Shown one piece after another: positions 17,896-26,640 of a stretch of DNA of 64,000 bases. The DNA is from an uncultured Actinomycetes bacterium (GTDB taxonomy: Bacteria; Actinomycetota; Thermoleophilia; Gaiellales; Gaiellaceae). The translations under genes and the position numbers were made by a program. The DNA lies in contig CAVOMI010000007.1 in the NCBI GenBank assembly GCA_963696975.1, forward strand, positions 5,362-69,361. The letters are read 5' to 3'. The notes beneath the pieces are model-generated. The model was given only the letters and a program-made list of their open reading frames with translations, ran no database searches and was not told the origin of the DNA. Each line of letters opens with the position of its first letter. Positions within the stretch are counted from its first letter, which is position 1.

Positions 17896-20261
17896 TCGAC
17901 TCCCTTGACCGTGACGTCGAGTCGGCCTCGCTCCGGCCGCGACGGGTCGTCGTCGAGAACGGCGATCTCGTCCGCTGCGACCGCGATCACGTCGTGCACC
18001 GTTCCCTGTGGTTCGGAGAGCCGGCGAGCATCGGTCGGCTCGACGGCGTCGACGCCGGGAAGGTCGGCGACCGCTGCGAGCACCGACGACAGGTAGACGG
18101 ACGCGCCTAGGAGCATCCGGGAGTGATGGAACAGTCCCGGCGAGGCGTCCGTCCCCGGCCGGAGCAGCTGGAGAATCTGCATCTGGAGCGCGGCAGGGTC
18201 GAAGCCGGGGCTCGGGCAGACCTCGAGGGCGATCGCAAGGCCGATCGGGGTTCCTCCGACCGCGGCCGACTCCACGCCGAGCATCCGAAGGCCGTCGAGG
18301 GTGGTGCCAAGTCGCGTCAGCGCCTCCTCCGCGACCTCGTCCTCGTCGACGTCGAGGTCGACGACCGTTGTCACGAGCGGCCAGGATCCCGTCCACGCGC
18401 GCAGCGCGACCGCGCGCTGAACGGCGGGGTCCTTGTCGGCCGCGGCCGCGTAGTCAGCCGGGATCACCGCACGGAGGAGCTCGGCCGCGAATGCCTCAGG
18501 TGCGTCGCGCCGCGCGTCGGCGAGCACAACCGGATCGGCACCGCCGGTTGCCGCGGCCGGGTTTCGGGCGGGAACGCTTCCCCCGGCGCCGAGATCGATG
18601 TGGTCGAGCGCGTTCGCGGGCACGTTTCCGATCGCACCGCCGCCGACCTCGTAGGAGGCGGAGACGGTGCTTCCGGTCGGCGGCTCGAGTCCCACGCTGC
18701 CGGTGCGGAACCTGAGGATCGGCGGCTCCTGTTCCTCGACGTCGACGACGTACGGAAAGTCGGTGACCGAGACCTGCGGGTCGAGCAACGTGTCGACCCA
18801 CAGCGCTCCGACGGCGGCGCCGGACGGGATTGTCACGGTCACGTCGAGCCGATGCGGCCGGCCTGTCTCGTCGAGCGCCAGGCCGGGCCCGCCGCTCGAC
18901 GGAGCCCCTGCCGAGACGAGCGAGTAGCCGCCGCCGTCCCGAAGGGTGAACCCGCCGGGATCGATGTAGAGGCCCTGGTGCGCGGCCACGAGGTTTGCCC
19001 GCACAATCGTCACCTCGTCGCTGCCGCGGTCGTCGTCTACACCCACCTCGTATGAGTCGGCGAGCGCGTCGTCTTGCGACCAGGCGACGCGGTAGAGCGG
19101 GAGGCCGGCGCCGAGCAGCGGGTCGCTGATCGGGTCGACAGCAGTGAGCTGGACGACCTGTGCGGTTCGGCTGGCGACCGGGTCGCGGAACGTAGGGCCG
19201 GGCGCGACGATGGGCCAGTCCTGTTGGCGGGTCGTCCACTGCGCGTGAGCGGTGAGGTCGCCCGGGTAGACGACCTCGAACGCGATCCGGTCGCCCGGGG
19301 ACAGCCACGTGTCGCCGAGGGGGTCGGCGGGCTTCGGGCGTACGAGCACGCATTCGGTCGCCCCCGCCGGCAGACAGCAGGCGTCTTCGCCCCAGTCGTA
19401 GATCGGGATCTCGCCGAGCGAGTCCCATGCCGTGCGGGCCTCGTCGGCCGTGAAGGTGAGCGCCGAGTTGTCGGCATCGCGGGCGACGTCGCCGACGGAT
19501 ACAGCCGCGCTTCCGTCCGTGGGCGCGACCGCGACGTGGACGAATGTGCGGGCGGAAACCGCTTCGCCGAGTTGATAGTCGACAAGACGTCCGTGGCGTC
19601 GTACCGATGTGCGCAGGCGCGCGGTCTCGAGGTAGGCCTCGGTTGCGACGCGGTCGAGGCGGTAGTTGAGCAGGTCGCCGACGTGCGCGAACAGCTCGAG
19701 CACCGTCACCGTCGGGTCGGCGCTCGACAGGTCGGCGTCGGGATGCTCGCGCAGTAGGTACTCGGCGAGCGCCTGCCGCAGCGAGCGCCAGTCGCGCGCG
19801 AGATAGTCGTGCACGGGTGATGGCGGCGGTGGAGCCGGGGCCGGTGCCACCGGGAAGCACGATCCGAGCGCTGTGCACTCGGGCCTGAGCCGAACGGGTA
19901 GGAAGCTCCGCAGCGGGTCGAAGTCGACGGGTGGGGGATCGACGACCTCTAGCCGGTAAAGCGTCGCGTCTGGGTTGCCGTCGAGTGGAAGCTCGAGGTG
20001 CGGCGTCGGGGACGCCACGATCGTCACCGGGTCGACGATCGAGACAGGGCTCGTGCCGCGGCGCGCTTTGAGCGTCCACAAGGCGGCGTGCGCGAGCGCG
20101 GCCGGTGGGTCCTGGTAGAGCCAGACGTCGAGGAACAGATCGCCGCCGGACGTTCGCACCTGTGCGGCCCGCAAGCCCTGAACAGTGGCAGAGGTGGCGA
20201 ACAGGGCCTCCGGCCGATGCAGCGGCGGGCACGTCGGCTGTAGCGTCGACGGATCAGACAC
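17892..20261 (-). CDS. CIS putative baseplate assembly protein (second gpJ-like paralogue)
   Basis: Segments DYLARDWRSLRQALAEYLL, TVLELFAHVGDLLNYRLDRVATEAYLETA and GGADPVVLADARRDAPEAF...RAVIPADYAAAADKDPAVQRAVALRAWTGSWPLV. Proposed start GTG 20261 overlaps the gp25 stop by 8 nt (GTGTCTGA). The ATG at 20348 would overlap gp25 by 95 nt. Confidence 0.8.
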   Translation of the reverse strand: MSDPSTLQPTCPPLHRPEALFATSATVQGLRAAQVRTSGGDLFLDVWLYQDPPAALAHAALWTLKARRGTSPVSIVDPVTIVASPTPHLELPLDGNPDATLYRLEVVDPPPVDFDPLRSFLPVRLRPECTALGSCFPVAPAPAPPPPSPVHDYLARDWRSLRQALAEYLLREHPDADLSSADPTVTVLELFAHVGDLLNYRLDRVATEAYLETARLRTSVRRHGRLVDYQLGEAVSARTFVHVAVAPTDGSAAVSVGDVARDADNSALTFTADEARTAWDSLGEIPIYDWGEDACCLPAGATECVLVRPKPADPLGDTWLSPGDRIAFEVVYPGDLTAHAQWTTRQQDWPIVAPGPTFRDPVASRTAQVVQLTAVDPISDPLLGAGLPLYRVAWSQDDALADSYEVGVDDDRGSDEVTIVRANLVAAHQGLYIDPGGFTLRDGGGYSLVSAGAPSSGGPGLALDETGRPHRLDVTVTIPSGAAVGALWVDTLLDPQVSVTDFPYVVDVEEQEPPILRFRTGSVGLEPPTGSTVSASYEVGGGAIGNVPANALDHIDLGAGGSVPARNPAAATGGADPVVLADARRDAPEAFAAELLRAVIPADYAAAADKDPAVQRAVALRAWTGSWPLVTTVVDLDVDEDEVAEEALTRLGTTLDGLRMLGVESAAVGGTPIGLAIALEVCPSPGFDPAALQMQILQLLRPGTDASPGLFHHSRMLLGASVYLSSVLAAVADLPGVDAVEPTDARRLSEPQGTVHDVIAVAADEIAVLDDDPSRPERGRLDVTVKGVE

Positions 20262-20616
20262 TCGTCCGGACCTCCAGCTGCTGCGGCTCGCCGGCGGGCA
20301 GCAGCCTGTAGGTGAGGGTTGTCTCGATCTCCGACTCGCCGACGACATCGACGTCGACGGCAGTCACTTCGAGCCGGTCGCCGAGCGCCTGGTCGAGCGA
20401 GCCGCGCAGTCGCATCTCCACGACACTCGCGACCGCGAGGTCGAGCGGCTCGAACAGTGCGCTGCCGAGACCGGCGCCGAAGTCGGGCCGGTGCAGCCGC
20501 TCGCCGGCGCCGGTCAGGACCACGAGCCGCACGAGGTCGGCGATGTGGCGTTCGTCGGCCGCAAGGCCGAGCCGGCGCCCCGCGGTGAGGCGGAAGGGAT
20601 GACGCGCCTCGCTCAC
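20254..20616 (-). CDS. gp25/GPW-family baseplate wedge protein
   Basis: 120 aa: HIADLVRLVVLTGAGERLHRPDFGAGLGSALFEP...RLEVTAVDVDVVGESEIETTLTYRL. GTG start in a GTGA overlap with the upstream stop (20613..20616). Confidence 0.85.
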   Translation of the reverse strand: MSEARHPFRLTAGRRLGLAADERHIADLVRLVVLTGAGERLHRPDFGAGLGSALFEPLDLAVASVVEMRLRGSLDQALGDRLEVTAVDVDVVGESEIETTLTYRLLPAGEPQQLEVRTSV

Positions 20617-20942
20617 TGGCCCTGCACCTTCGTCTGGAAACCGCTGAGCGTTCCCGGCCCTTGCGGCACAGCCGCGGCGTTCGTGCAGAGTGCGACCGAG
20701 GTCGAGAGCAGCGCGGACGTTCCGTTCACCGTCACGCGAAGCGCCGGTGCCAGCCACTGCACGGAAAGGCAGGGCGACGGGGAACCGGAGACGTTGAACG
20801 AGCAACCCGCGATCGTCACCTGGTCGGACGAGATGAGCGCTGGGCTGCCGCCGAGCAGCACCTTTTGTTGCGACGGGGTCGCGACACCCTGCCCACCGTG
20901 CGGACAGATGACCTGCGTTGCCGCGTCGAGCAGGAACGCCAT
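20613..20942 (-). CDS. PAAR-like spike-tip protein (Afp10 position)
   Basis: 109 aa: MAFLLDAATQVICPHGGQGVATPSQQKVLLGGSPALISSDQVTIAGCSF...LCTNAAAV. Small, Cys/Gly-containing and beta-rich, directly after the spike gene. Family assignment rests on pattern and position only. Confidence 0.55.
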   Translation of the reverse strand: MAFLLDAATQVICPHGGQGVATPSQQKVLLGGSPALISSDQVTIAGCSFNVSGSPSPCLSVQWLAPALRVTVNGTSALLSTSVALCTNAAAVPQGPGTLSGFQTKVQGQ

Positions 20943-21430
20943 CACATCACCTCGAGCGCGCCGTCGTTGATCGAGACCGAGCTGCTCGTGAGCGCGATCT
21001 TCTGTGCGCCGAACGAGATCGCGATTCCGTTCGAGTCGAGCTGGATCTGCGCGCCGGAAGCGGCGGTCACCTCGATCGACTCGCTGCCGCTCGTGTCCTT
21101 GAGCTCGATCTTGTGCCCGGCGGGGGTCACGAGGACCAGCACGTCTGGCCCCGCGTCGGGCACGCCCTCGCCGTCTGCCCACGACCCGCCGGACCAGATC
21201 GGCACCCGGGTCGTGTCGCCGGCGGGCCATTCGACGTAGACGAGACTGCCGACAGGAGGGACTGCGGCGAGGCCTGCGTTCTGGGCCGTGAACGGGCTGC
21301 AGGCGACCGCCCAGCCGGTCGTCTCGTCGCCGAACACCTCCGGTACCTGCACCTTCAGGCGCGCAAGCCCCCGCGGATCTTGGTTGTCGACCACGGTCGC
21401 CGCGTACTTGCCGGTGAGCCGCTCTGTCAT
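20942..21430 (-). CDS. Baseplate assembly protein V / gp5 OB-fold spike protein
   Basis: GKYAATVVDNQDPRGLARLKVQVPEVFGDETTGWAVACSPFTAQNAGLAAVPPVGSLVYVEWPAGDTTRVPIWSGGSW is the gpV N-terminal OB-fold pattern. A short beta-helical C-terminus follows. ATGA overlap with the upstream stop. Confidence 0.85.
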   Translation of the reverse strand: MTERLTGKYAATVVDNQDPRGLARLKVQVPEVFGDETTGWAVACSPFTAQNAGLAAVPPVGSLVYVEWPAGDTTRVPIWSGGSWADGEGVPDAGPDVLVLVTPAGHKIELKDTSGSESIEVTAASGAQIQLDSNGIAISFGAQKIALTSSSVSINDGALEVM

Positions 21431-22521
21431 AACAAGCCTCCCAGCCCGGATGTCGAGCCGAACGGCTCGCTGCCCGTCAGGCCGAGCGCGTTGCGGACGA
21501 GCGTGATCTGCTGGCGGTGACGCTCGACGGTGATGATGTGGCGGACGCGCTGAACGAGGTAGCCGCCCGAGAGTTGCGAGCCGAGCCCCTTCACGAGCAC
21601 GGGCTTGCGTGCGCGCAGGAGCAGGTCGGAGCGGTCGGTGTCGACCTCGACGTGCAACTCCGCTGCGAACGCGGACTGCCGCGCGATCGCCTGTGCCGTG
21701 GAGGTCGGGTCGAGCTCGCCGGACACGTCGTTCGGTGCGAGCAGGACGGTCGTCTGCGCGGCAAGGGAATGCGCGCCTTGCACCTGGTCGTCGCCGCTCT
21801 CGTCCGCATCCTGGGCCGAGTCAGAGAGCGCCGGGATCCGCGACAGCTTCACGCGTTCCCCTTCCGTGAGCCTCACGGAGGCATCGACGTGCTGCGAGTC
21901 GTCCCCGAAGCCGAGCGCCAGCTCTCCCTGCGGATCGGCGAGTGGATCGATCGGCTCGAAGTGGCCGACGATGCCGGCCTCGGTCGCCTCGAGGAAGACC
22001 GCGAACCCCCACTTCGCCGCGAGCGCGCGCAGAAAGGCGAGGTCGCTTTCGCGCTGCAGGACGACGTGGACGTCGGGGTCGGGCGAGTCGCTCGTCGTCT
22101 CCACCTTGGGCTCGAACCCATATGAGGAGAGGATCGCGTCGGCGATGGCGCTGTCCTGGGCGCCTGGCCAGGCGACGATTTTCTCCTCGGCGTCGAGCTC
22201 GAGAGTGCGGTCCTGGGCCTGGACAGAGATCTGCGAGGAACCCTCAGGGTCGATGGTCCAGGACGCCTGCATCGGCTTCCCCTCAAAGCGATAGCTCGCC
22301 TCGCCGCGCGTGACCTGGATCACGAGTGGCGTCGACCGATCGAGCAGCGGGTCGAGAACGGAGGTCCACTCGCCGGTCTCGTCCGGCGTCAGGTTGGCAA
22401 CCAGCGTCGCTGCGTCCGCAAGGTCGGAGGCTTCCTCCACCTGAATCTCGCCGATTGCGGACAGGTCGTCGGCACTGAGCGTCTCGCCGTCGATCTGCAC
22501 GAGAAGGCGGCTGTCAGGCAC
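21427..22521 (-). CDS. Phage late control gene D-like baseplate hub protein (gp27/VgrG N-terminal type)
   Basis: About 364 aa: PDSRLLVQIDGETLSADDLSAIGEIQVEEASDLADAATLV... and C-terminal LVKGLGSQLSGGYLVQRVRHIITVERHRQQITL. Proposed GTG 22521 overlaps the LysM gene stop by 8 nt (GTGCCTGA); alternative GTG at 22500. Confidence 0.8.
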   Translation of the reverse strand: MPDSRLLVQIDGETLSADDLSAIGEIQVEEASDLADAATLVANLTPDETGEWTSVLDPLLDRSTPLVIQVTRGEASYRFEGKPMQASWTIDPEGSSQISVQAQDRTLELDAEEKIVAWPGAQDSAIADAILSSYGFEPKVETTSDSPDPDVHVVLQRESDLAFLRALAAKWGFAVFLEATEAGIVGHFEPIDPLADPQGELALGFGDDSQHVDASVRLTEGERVKLSRIPALSDSAQDADESGDDQVQGAHSLAAQTTVLLAPNDVSGELDPTSTAQAIARQSAFAAELHVEVDTDRSDLLLRARKPVLVKGLGSQLSGGYLVQRVRHIITVERHRQQITLVRNALGLTGSEPFGSTSGLGGLL

Positions 22522-22789
22522 GCGGTAGTCCGATCGTCTGGCCCGGCACTTCGAGGCGCGTCGCATCGGGCCACGGGTTCGCGTCGGCGAGCACCCACCA
22601 GCGCGTCGTGTCACCGGTGGCAGCGCGGCCGAGGAGGTCCAGGCGGTCTCCGGCGACGATTTGATACGTGCCCTGCAGTGCTGGCCCGGCTGCGACCCGG
22701 GGTGCTCCGAGCAAGCGCGTCGAACCGTCCGGGGCCGGAACCGAGATCGTCGGTAGCCCGACGTAGCGCGAGCTGGGGTCGACTGCCAT
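22514..22789 (-). CDS. LysM-like / P2 gpX-like small tail protein
   Basis: 91 aa: YQIVAGDRLDLLGRAATGDTTRWWVLADANPWPDATRLEVPGQTIGLP resembles a LysM fold pattern. The ATG shares one nt with the upstream stop (TGATG). Confidence 0.7.
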   Translation of the reverse strand: MAVDPSSRYVGLPTISVPAPDGSTRLLGAPRVAAGPALQGTYQIVAGDRLDLLGRAATGDTTRWWVLADANPWPDATRLEVPGQTIGLPRA

Positions 22790-23439
22790 CAGAGGAGCTC
22801 CGGGATTTGAGCGAGTTGCAGGACGGCTTTGACCTCGCGGGCGCCCTGGTAGTACTTGGCCGCGGCAATCGCGACCGTCTGGTTGGAGGACAAGTCCTGC
22901 ACCCTGAGCACGGTGAAGCTGAGGTCCGCGGTGGCGAGGATCGGGTTCAGCAGCTCGTCGAATGCCTCCTCGTGGATCGTGAGTGTCTTCAGTCGCACCG
23001 GCGTGATCCGCTCCGGCCCCCAGACGAACAGGCAGAGTGGAAGGCGTCCGGGGGGAACGCTCGCGCCACCGCCGCCGAGCAGGCCGCCGGTGACTCTGGA
23101 CGCGAGCCCGCTGAGCAGGGAGGTTCCGACTGGTTGAACGAGCATCTCGAGCGCGGCGAGGCGCGGCGAGATGCCCATTGCGGTCGTGATCGGGCCGCCG
23201 CGCTCGAGCCCGTCGGTCGCGTCGAACTCCAGCTTGACGGTGTAGTCCTCGACGGCAGGACGCGCCACGTTCAGCGCCGCGCCCGTGGGCTGGCTGCCCG
23301 GCTGCTCCTGCCCAGCGGTGCTGTCGACCTGCAGCACGCGCGTGATCTCGCTCGGGTTGTACTGGAAGGCGACGATTGTCGGTGCCAGGCCGAGGAGGGG
23401 ATCCGAGTACGACATCAGCAGCCCCTTGACGAGCGTCAC
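22789..23439 (-). CDS. CIS tube-family protein (tube initiator / Afp5-Afp7 type)
   Basis: 216 aa: LVKGLLMSYSDPLLGLAPTIVAFQYNPSEITRVL...YTVKLEFDATD...LCLFVWGPERITPVRLKTLTIHEEAFDELLNP. The F-x-(F/Y)-NP-E/S motif and length fit tube-fold proteins. GTG 23439 sits in a GTGA overlap; alternative ATG at 23415. Confidence 0.6.
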   Translation of the reverse strand: MTLVKGLLMSYSDPLLGLAPTIVAFQYNPSEITRVLQVDSTAGQEQPGSQPTGAALNVARPAVEDYTVKLEFDATDGLERGGPITTAMGISPRLAALEMLVQPVGTSLLSGLASRVTGGLLGGGGASVPPGRLPLCLFVWGPERITPVRLKTLTIHEEAFDELLNPILATADLSFTVLRVQDLSSNQTVAIAAAKYYQGAREVKAVLQLAQIPELL

Positions 23440-23618
23440 GGCTTCGACCTCCTCGCGTTCGCCGCAACCGCATCGGCGACGGCCTTGCCGATCGCGTCCT
23501 CGGGGCCGGTCGGGAACGCGCTGCCCCTGAGCCGCCGCTCGATCGCCGGGCGAAGCAGACCGGGCGTCGGGGCAGCCGCGACCTCGACACGCACGCGAAG
23601 CGGGTTGCCGTTGCTCAT
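23436..23618 (-). CDS. 60-aa hypothetical protein wedged between the ATPase and tube-family genes
   Basis: MSNGNPLRVRVEVAAAPTPGLLRPAIERRLRGSAFPTGPEDAIGKAVADAVAANARRSKP. Both ends sit in 4-nt overlaps (ATGA at 23615..23618, GTGA at 23436..23439). I recognise no family. Confidence 0.45.
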   Translation of the reverse strand: MSNGNPLRVRVEVAAAPTPGLLRPAIERRLRGSAFPTGPEDAIGKAVADAVAANARRSKP

Positions 23619-25519
23619 CGCGCAACCTCCATGAAGAGACCTGCGAACGACTTGCCGAGCTTCTCGTGCTCTCGACGCAATGCGTGCTCGACGTGTCCGG
23701 TGTGCACGGTCATGCCGTTGGCGGCGGCGAGGTACGCGGCGGCGAGTGCGGCGTTCTGGATGCTCCCTCCTGTGAGTTCGGGTCCGGCGAGTACGTCCCA
23801 CTCGAGTCCGTCGACCGGTGTCTCTTTCGGGAAGGAGCGTCGCCAGAGGTCGGCGCGCAGGGTCCGGTCGGGATGCTCGAAGCGGATCACGAACCGCAGG
23901 CGGCGCGAGAACGCGTCGTCTAACGCGGACTGGCGGTTGGTCGCGAGCAGGACGAGCCCGGTGAAGGTCTCGACCCGCTGCAGGAGGTAGTTGACCTCGA
24001 GGTTCGCGTAGCGGTCGTGCGCATCCTTCACCTCGGTGCGCTTGCCGAAAAGCGAGTCGGCTTCGTCGAAGAACAGGACCGCGCTTGCGCGCTCGGCCTC
24101 GTCGAAGGCGGCCGCGAGATTCTTCTCTGTCTCGCCGATGTACTTCGAGACGACCGCCGAAAGGTCGACGCGATAGAGGTCCTGCCGGAGCGCGTGCGCG
24201 ACGGCTTCCGCAGCTGTCGTTTTCCCCGTGCCGGGAGGACCGGCGAAGAGCCCGATGACGCCCCGCCCACGCGGCATCCGGCGGCGGAAGCCCCACTCGT
24301 CGAGCACGACGTGCTGCAGCTCGACGTGCGCGATGAGCTCTTGCAGCTGGGCGAGTCGTTCCGTCGGCAGGACGAGATCGTCGAGCGTGAACGCGGGGGG
24401 CACGAGCGCCGCCAGCCGTTCGAGCGTGTGTTCCGGCTGCCGGCGGGCAGCCTCCCAGACATCGCCGGGCTCGAGTTGCCGTCCTCGCCAGTCTGCGTCC
24501 GCGCGGGCGCGCGCGAAGGTCTGCGCGACGTCGGAATCCGTGAAGGAGAACCTCGCCGCTAGCAGGTCGACCAGGGACTCGCCCGGCAGCTCCGCGCGTT
24601 CGAGCGCCCTGGTCCAGAGACGTCGCCGCTCACCGAAGTCGGGCGAGGCGAGCTCCACGAGGTACGCGCCCGCCACGGACTCGCCGGGACCGGCGATCGC
24701 GATGAGGGGACCGTCGCTTTCCCGCCAGCGCAACTCCGAGCAGACCGCCGCGTCGAGGATCGGAAGGGCCGTCGCGGTGCGCGTGAGCAGGCGGAGCTCG
24801 GCTTCTTGTCTTTCGCCGTCGACCGGGACCAGGCCCGCTCGAGCGGCCGCTGCTGCCGCGACGGCGTGCCTCCCTACGCCGGAGGCACCGCGGAGCGTGA
24901 TCACGCCGCCGACTCCCGCGTTCAGTCGACGCGTGAGCGCGTCGATCGTACTCTCGAATCGCGCCGGCACCGGCAACGCGTCCTCGAGTCGAGCGGGATG
25001 CTCACCCGCGAGCAGAAGTCGCGCCGTGGGTGTGAGACGAAGCGCCGTGTTCGCCCCGGCACCGGGCTCGAGCAGGCCGTTTACGACGAGCTCGGAAGTG
25101 TCCTCGACCGCGGCGGGGCACTCGATGCCGTACGGCGCGAGCAAGAGGTGGACGAGCGCGGCCGTGGCATACCGTTTCGCCGCGTCGTCGTGGGCGCACC
25201 CGAGGACGATCGCGAGCTGAGGATCCGCCTCCCACCACCAGGCGGAGGCGACGAGCGCCTCCTCGCCGGTCGAGAGCCCGAGTGCGGCCGAGATCCGCGG
25301 AAGCGGGCCGCTCGCGGGGGTCTCGAGGAGCTCGGCGACGCGTTCGACTTCCTGGTCGCTCGGCGCCGGGGCCGCCCCGACTCCGCCGAGCAGGCGTGTG
25401 AGCTCGGCGTCGACCTCGCTACCGGCGGGCGTGTTCCAGCGACGCCGGAGCTGCACGAGATAGCTCTCGACCGCCATGGACAGGACGGCGAGGTGCAGCC
25501 GGAGCCGCGCATCGGTCAT
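23615..25519 (-). CDS. CIS-associated AAA+ ATPase (Afp15 type)
   Basis: Start ATG 25519 (MTDARLRLHLAVL...) in an ATGA overlap; the ORF-track extension to 26440 is junk. Walker A GLFAGPPGTGKT, Walker B AVLFFDEADSLFGKR and second region of homology LLATNRQSALDDAFSRRL are present. Confidence 0.9.
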   Translation of the reverse strand: MTDARLRLHLAVLSMAVESYLVQLRRRWNTPAGSEVDAELTRLLGGVGAAPAPSDQEVERVAELLETPASGPLPRISAALGLSTGEEALVASAWWWEADPQLAIVLGCAHDDAAKRYATAALVHLLLAPYGIECPAAVEDTSELVVNGLLEPGAGANTALRLTPTARLLLAGEHPARLEDALPVPARFESTIDALTRRLNAGVGGVITLRGASGVGRHAVAAAAAARAGLVPVDGERQEAELRLLTRTATALPILDAAVCSELRWRESDGPLIAIAGPGESVAGAYLVELASPDFGERRRLWTRALERAELPGESLVDLLAARFSFTDSDVAQTFARARADADWRGRQLEPGDVWEAARRQPEHTLERLAALVPPAFTLDDLVLPTERLAQLQELIAHVELQHVVLDEWGFRRRMPRGRGVIGLFAGPPGTGKTTAAEAVAHALRQDLYRVDLSAVVSKYIGETEKNLAAAFDEAERASAVLFFDEADSLFGKRTEVKDAHDRYANLEVNYLLQRVETFTGLVLLATNRQSALDDAFSRRLRFVIRFEHPDRTLRADLWRRSFPKETPVDGLEWDVLAGPELTGGSIQNAALAAAYLAAANGMTVHTGHVEHALRREHEKLGKSFAGLFMEVAR

Positions 25520-26640
25520 GCGATCGTCACGCTCCCCGCTGGGCCGGCGACCTTGCCGGCGCGGAGCACGACGTCGGCCGGGCCGGACGGCGTGGCGGTC
25601 GGGACCACGACGTCCACCTGTGTAGGCGACACGCATGTGACGTCCTGGAGGCGCTTGCCGCCCACGAACACCTCGACGTCCGGCGCGGCATGCGCGGTCT
25701 GGAAGCTGACTCCGACGTTCTTCGGTACCGGGTTCGGAGCGCCGGTCAGCTTCGGCACGACTGTGAGGCCGATCGAGTCGTGACCGAAGGGAAGGCCGTT
25801 CTCGGTCGCGACGACGCGGAGCTCGCGTAGGCCGGGGTCGATGTTCGCGGCCGGCAGGGTCAAGATGACGTGACCGGGAGGCGCGCCCGGCACGAGCGTC
25901 ATCGCCCAATCGGGCCCGGGCGGCTCCGCGGGTTCGTGCGCGAGCGTGAAGACCGACCCGTTGGTGAGCCCCTCCACCTCGACGTCGAGGTCGTCGCCGA
26001 ACGCCGCGCGGGAAGGGGTCACCCCGATGAATCGCGGTCCGAGCGAGGGTGCGAGTCCGATGCGCCGGGTCTTCACCGGGGGTCCGGCTACGTACTTGGT
26101 CTCGGGATCGATCATGACGACACTGACCCCGTAGCCCACAGACAGGCGGATCGGCTTCGACGCCGCTGTCCAGATCTTCGTCACCGCTTCGAGATCGAGG
26201 TCCTCCAGCACGATTCGGATCGGCTCGATCAACGGGTCGACGAACGTCGCGAGCGCGGGCGTCAAGATCGGCGACCCGTCGCCCACGACCGCGTTCTCGT
26301 ACACCGCCTGCATCACTGCGGCGAGACCGACGTGCGCGAATTGCTCCTGGTCGCCGCCTGCCGTAGGCATGGCCGGAAACGCGGATAGGAGGTACGACAG
26401 TCTGAGCGCGAGCGGCGGGTTGCCTCGCGCCGTCCGCCACCCGCTGTTCGGCGGCTCCATGTTGCGGTAGGCGGGGTCGGGGCTGACGCGATAGAGGAAC
26501 CAGTTCAGGCGGAGCCCGGTCTCGTCGCCGTCGAGCGGGCCGACCGTGACGTCGGGCTTCGGGTTGAGGCTCGCGACCGCCGCGTTCGACACTGCGTAGA
26601 GGATCTCGTCAACCCCCTGGATCGCAGTGATGGTCGACAT
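25516..26640 (-). CDS. DUF4255 (Pvc16/Afp16-type) tail terminator with C-terminal Ig-like (IPT/TIG-type) repeats
   Basis: The N-terminal ~190 aa (LRLNWFLYRVSPDPAYRN ... PPLALRLSYLLSAF ... LSVGYGVSVVMID) fits the DUF4255 pattern. The C-terminal ~170 aa looks like two IPT/TIG-like modules (PRFIGVTPSRAAFGDDLDVEVEGL...; VEVFVGGKRLQDVTCVSPTQVDVVVPTATPSGPADVVLRAG). Confidence 0.8.
   Translation of the reverse strand: MSTITAIQGVDEILYAVSNAAVASLNPKPDVTVGPLDGDETGLRLNWFLYRVSPDPAYRNMEPPNSGWRTARGNPPLALRLSYLLSAFPAMPTAGGDQEQFAHVGLAAVMQAVYENAVVGDGSPILTPALATFVDPLIEPIRIVLEDLDLEAVTKIWTAASKPIRLSVGYGVSVVMIDPETKYVAGPPVKTRRIGLAPSLGPRFIGVTPSRAAFGDDLDVEVEGLTNGSVFTLAHEPAEPPGPDWAMTLVPGAPPGHVILTLPAANIDPGLRELRVVATENGLPFGHDSIGLTVVPKLTGAPNPVPKNVGVSFQTAHAAPDVEVFVGGKRLQDVTCVSPTQVDVVVPTATPSGPADVVLRAGKVAGPAGSVTIA

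Noticed and set aside
15382-18396. Very long ORF-track entries whose N-terminal parts overlap neighbouring genes. Examples: 15382..18396, 23615..26440, 8116..9327, 4801..6174, 21427..22614, 22514..23590, 47898..50519, 31267..33501.
   Set aside because: The upstream portions are Arg/Pro/Gly-rich low-complexity translations typical of out-of-frame reading in high-GC DNA, and they overlap well-supported genes. In each case an internal start in a 1-, 4- or 8-nt overlap with the preceding stop gives a family-consistent N-terminus.
17892-20261. Two consecutive gpJ-type baseplate genes as a lineage-specific duplication.
   Set aside because: As far as I recall, loci of this CIS subfamily commonly carry two adjacent genes annotated as putative baseplate assembly protein, followed by a gpI-like gene. 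The arrangement is therefore probably ancestral and not novel. I could not verify this without a database.
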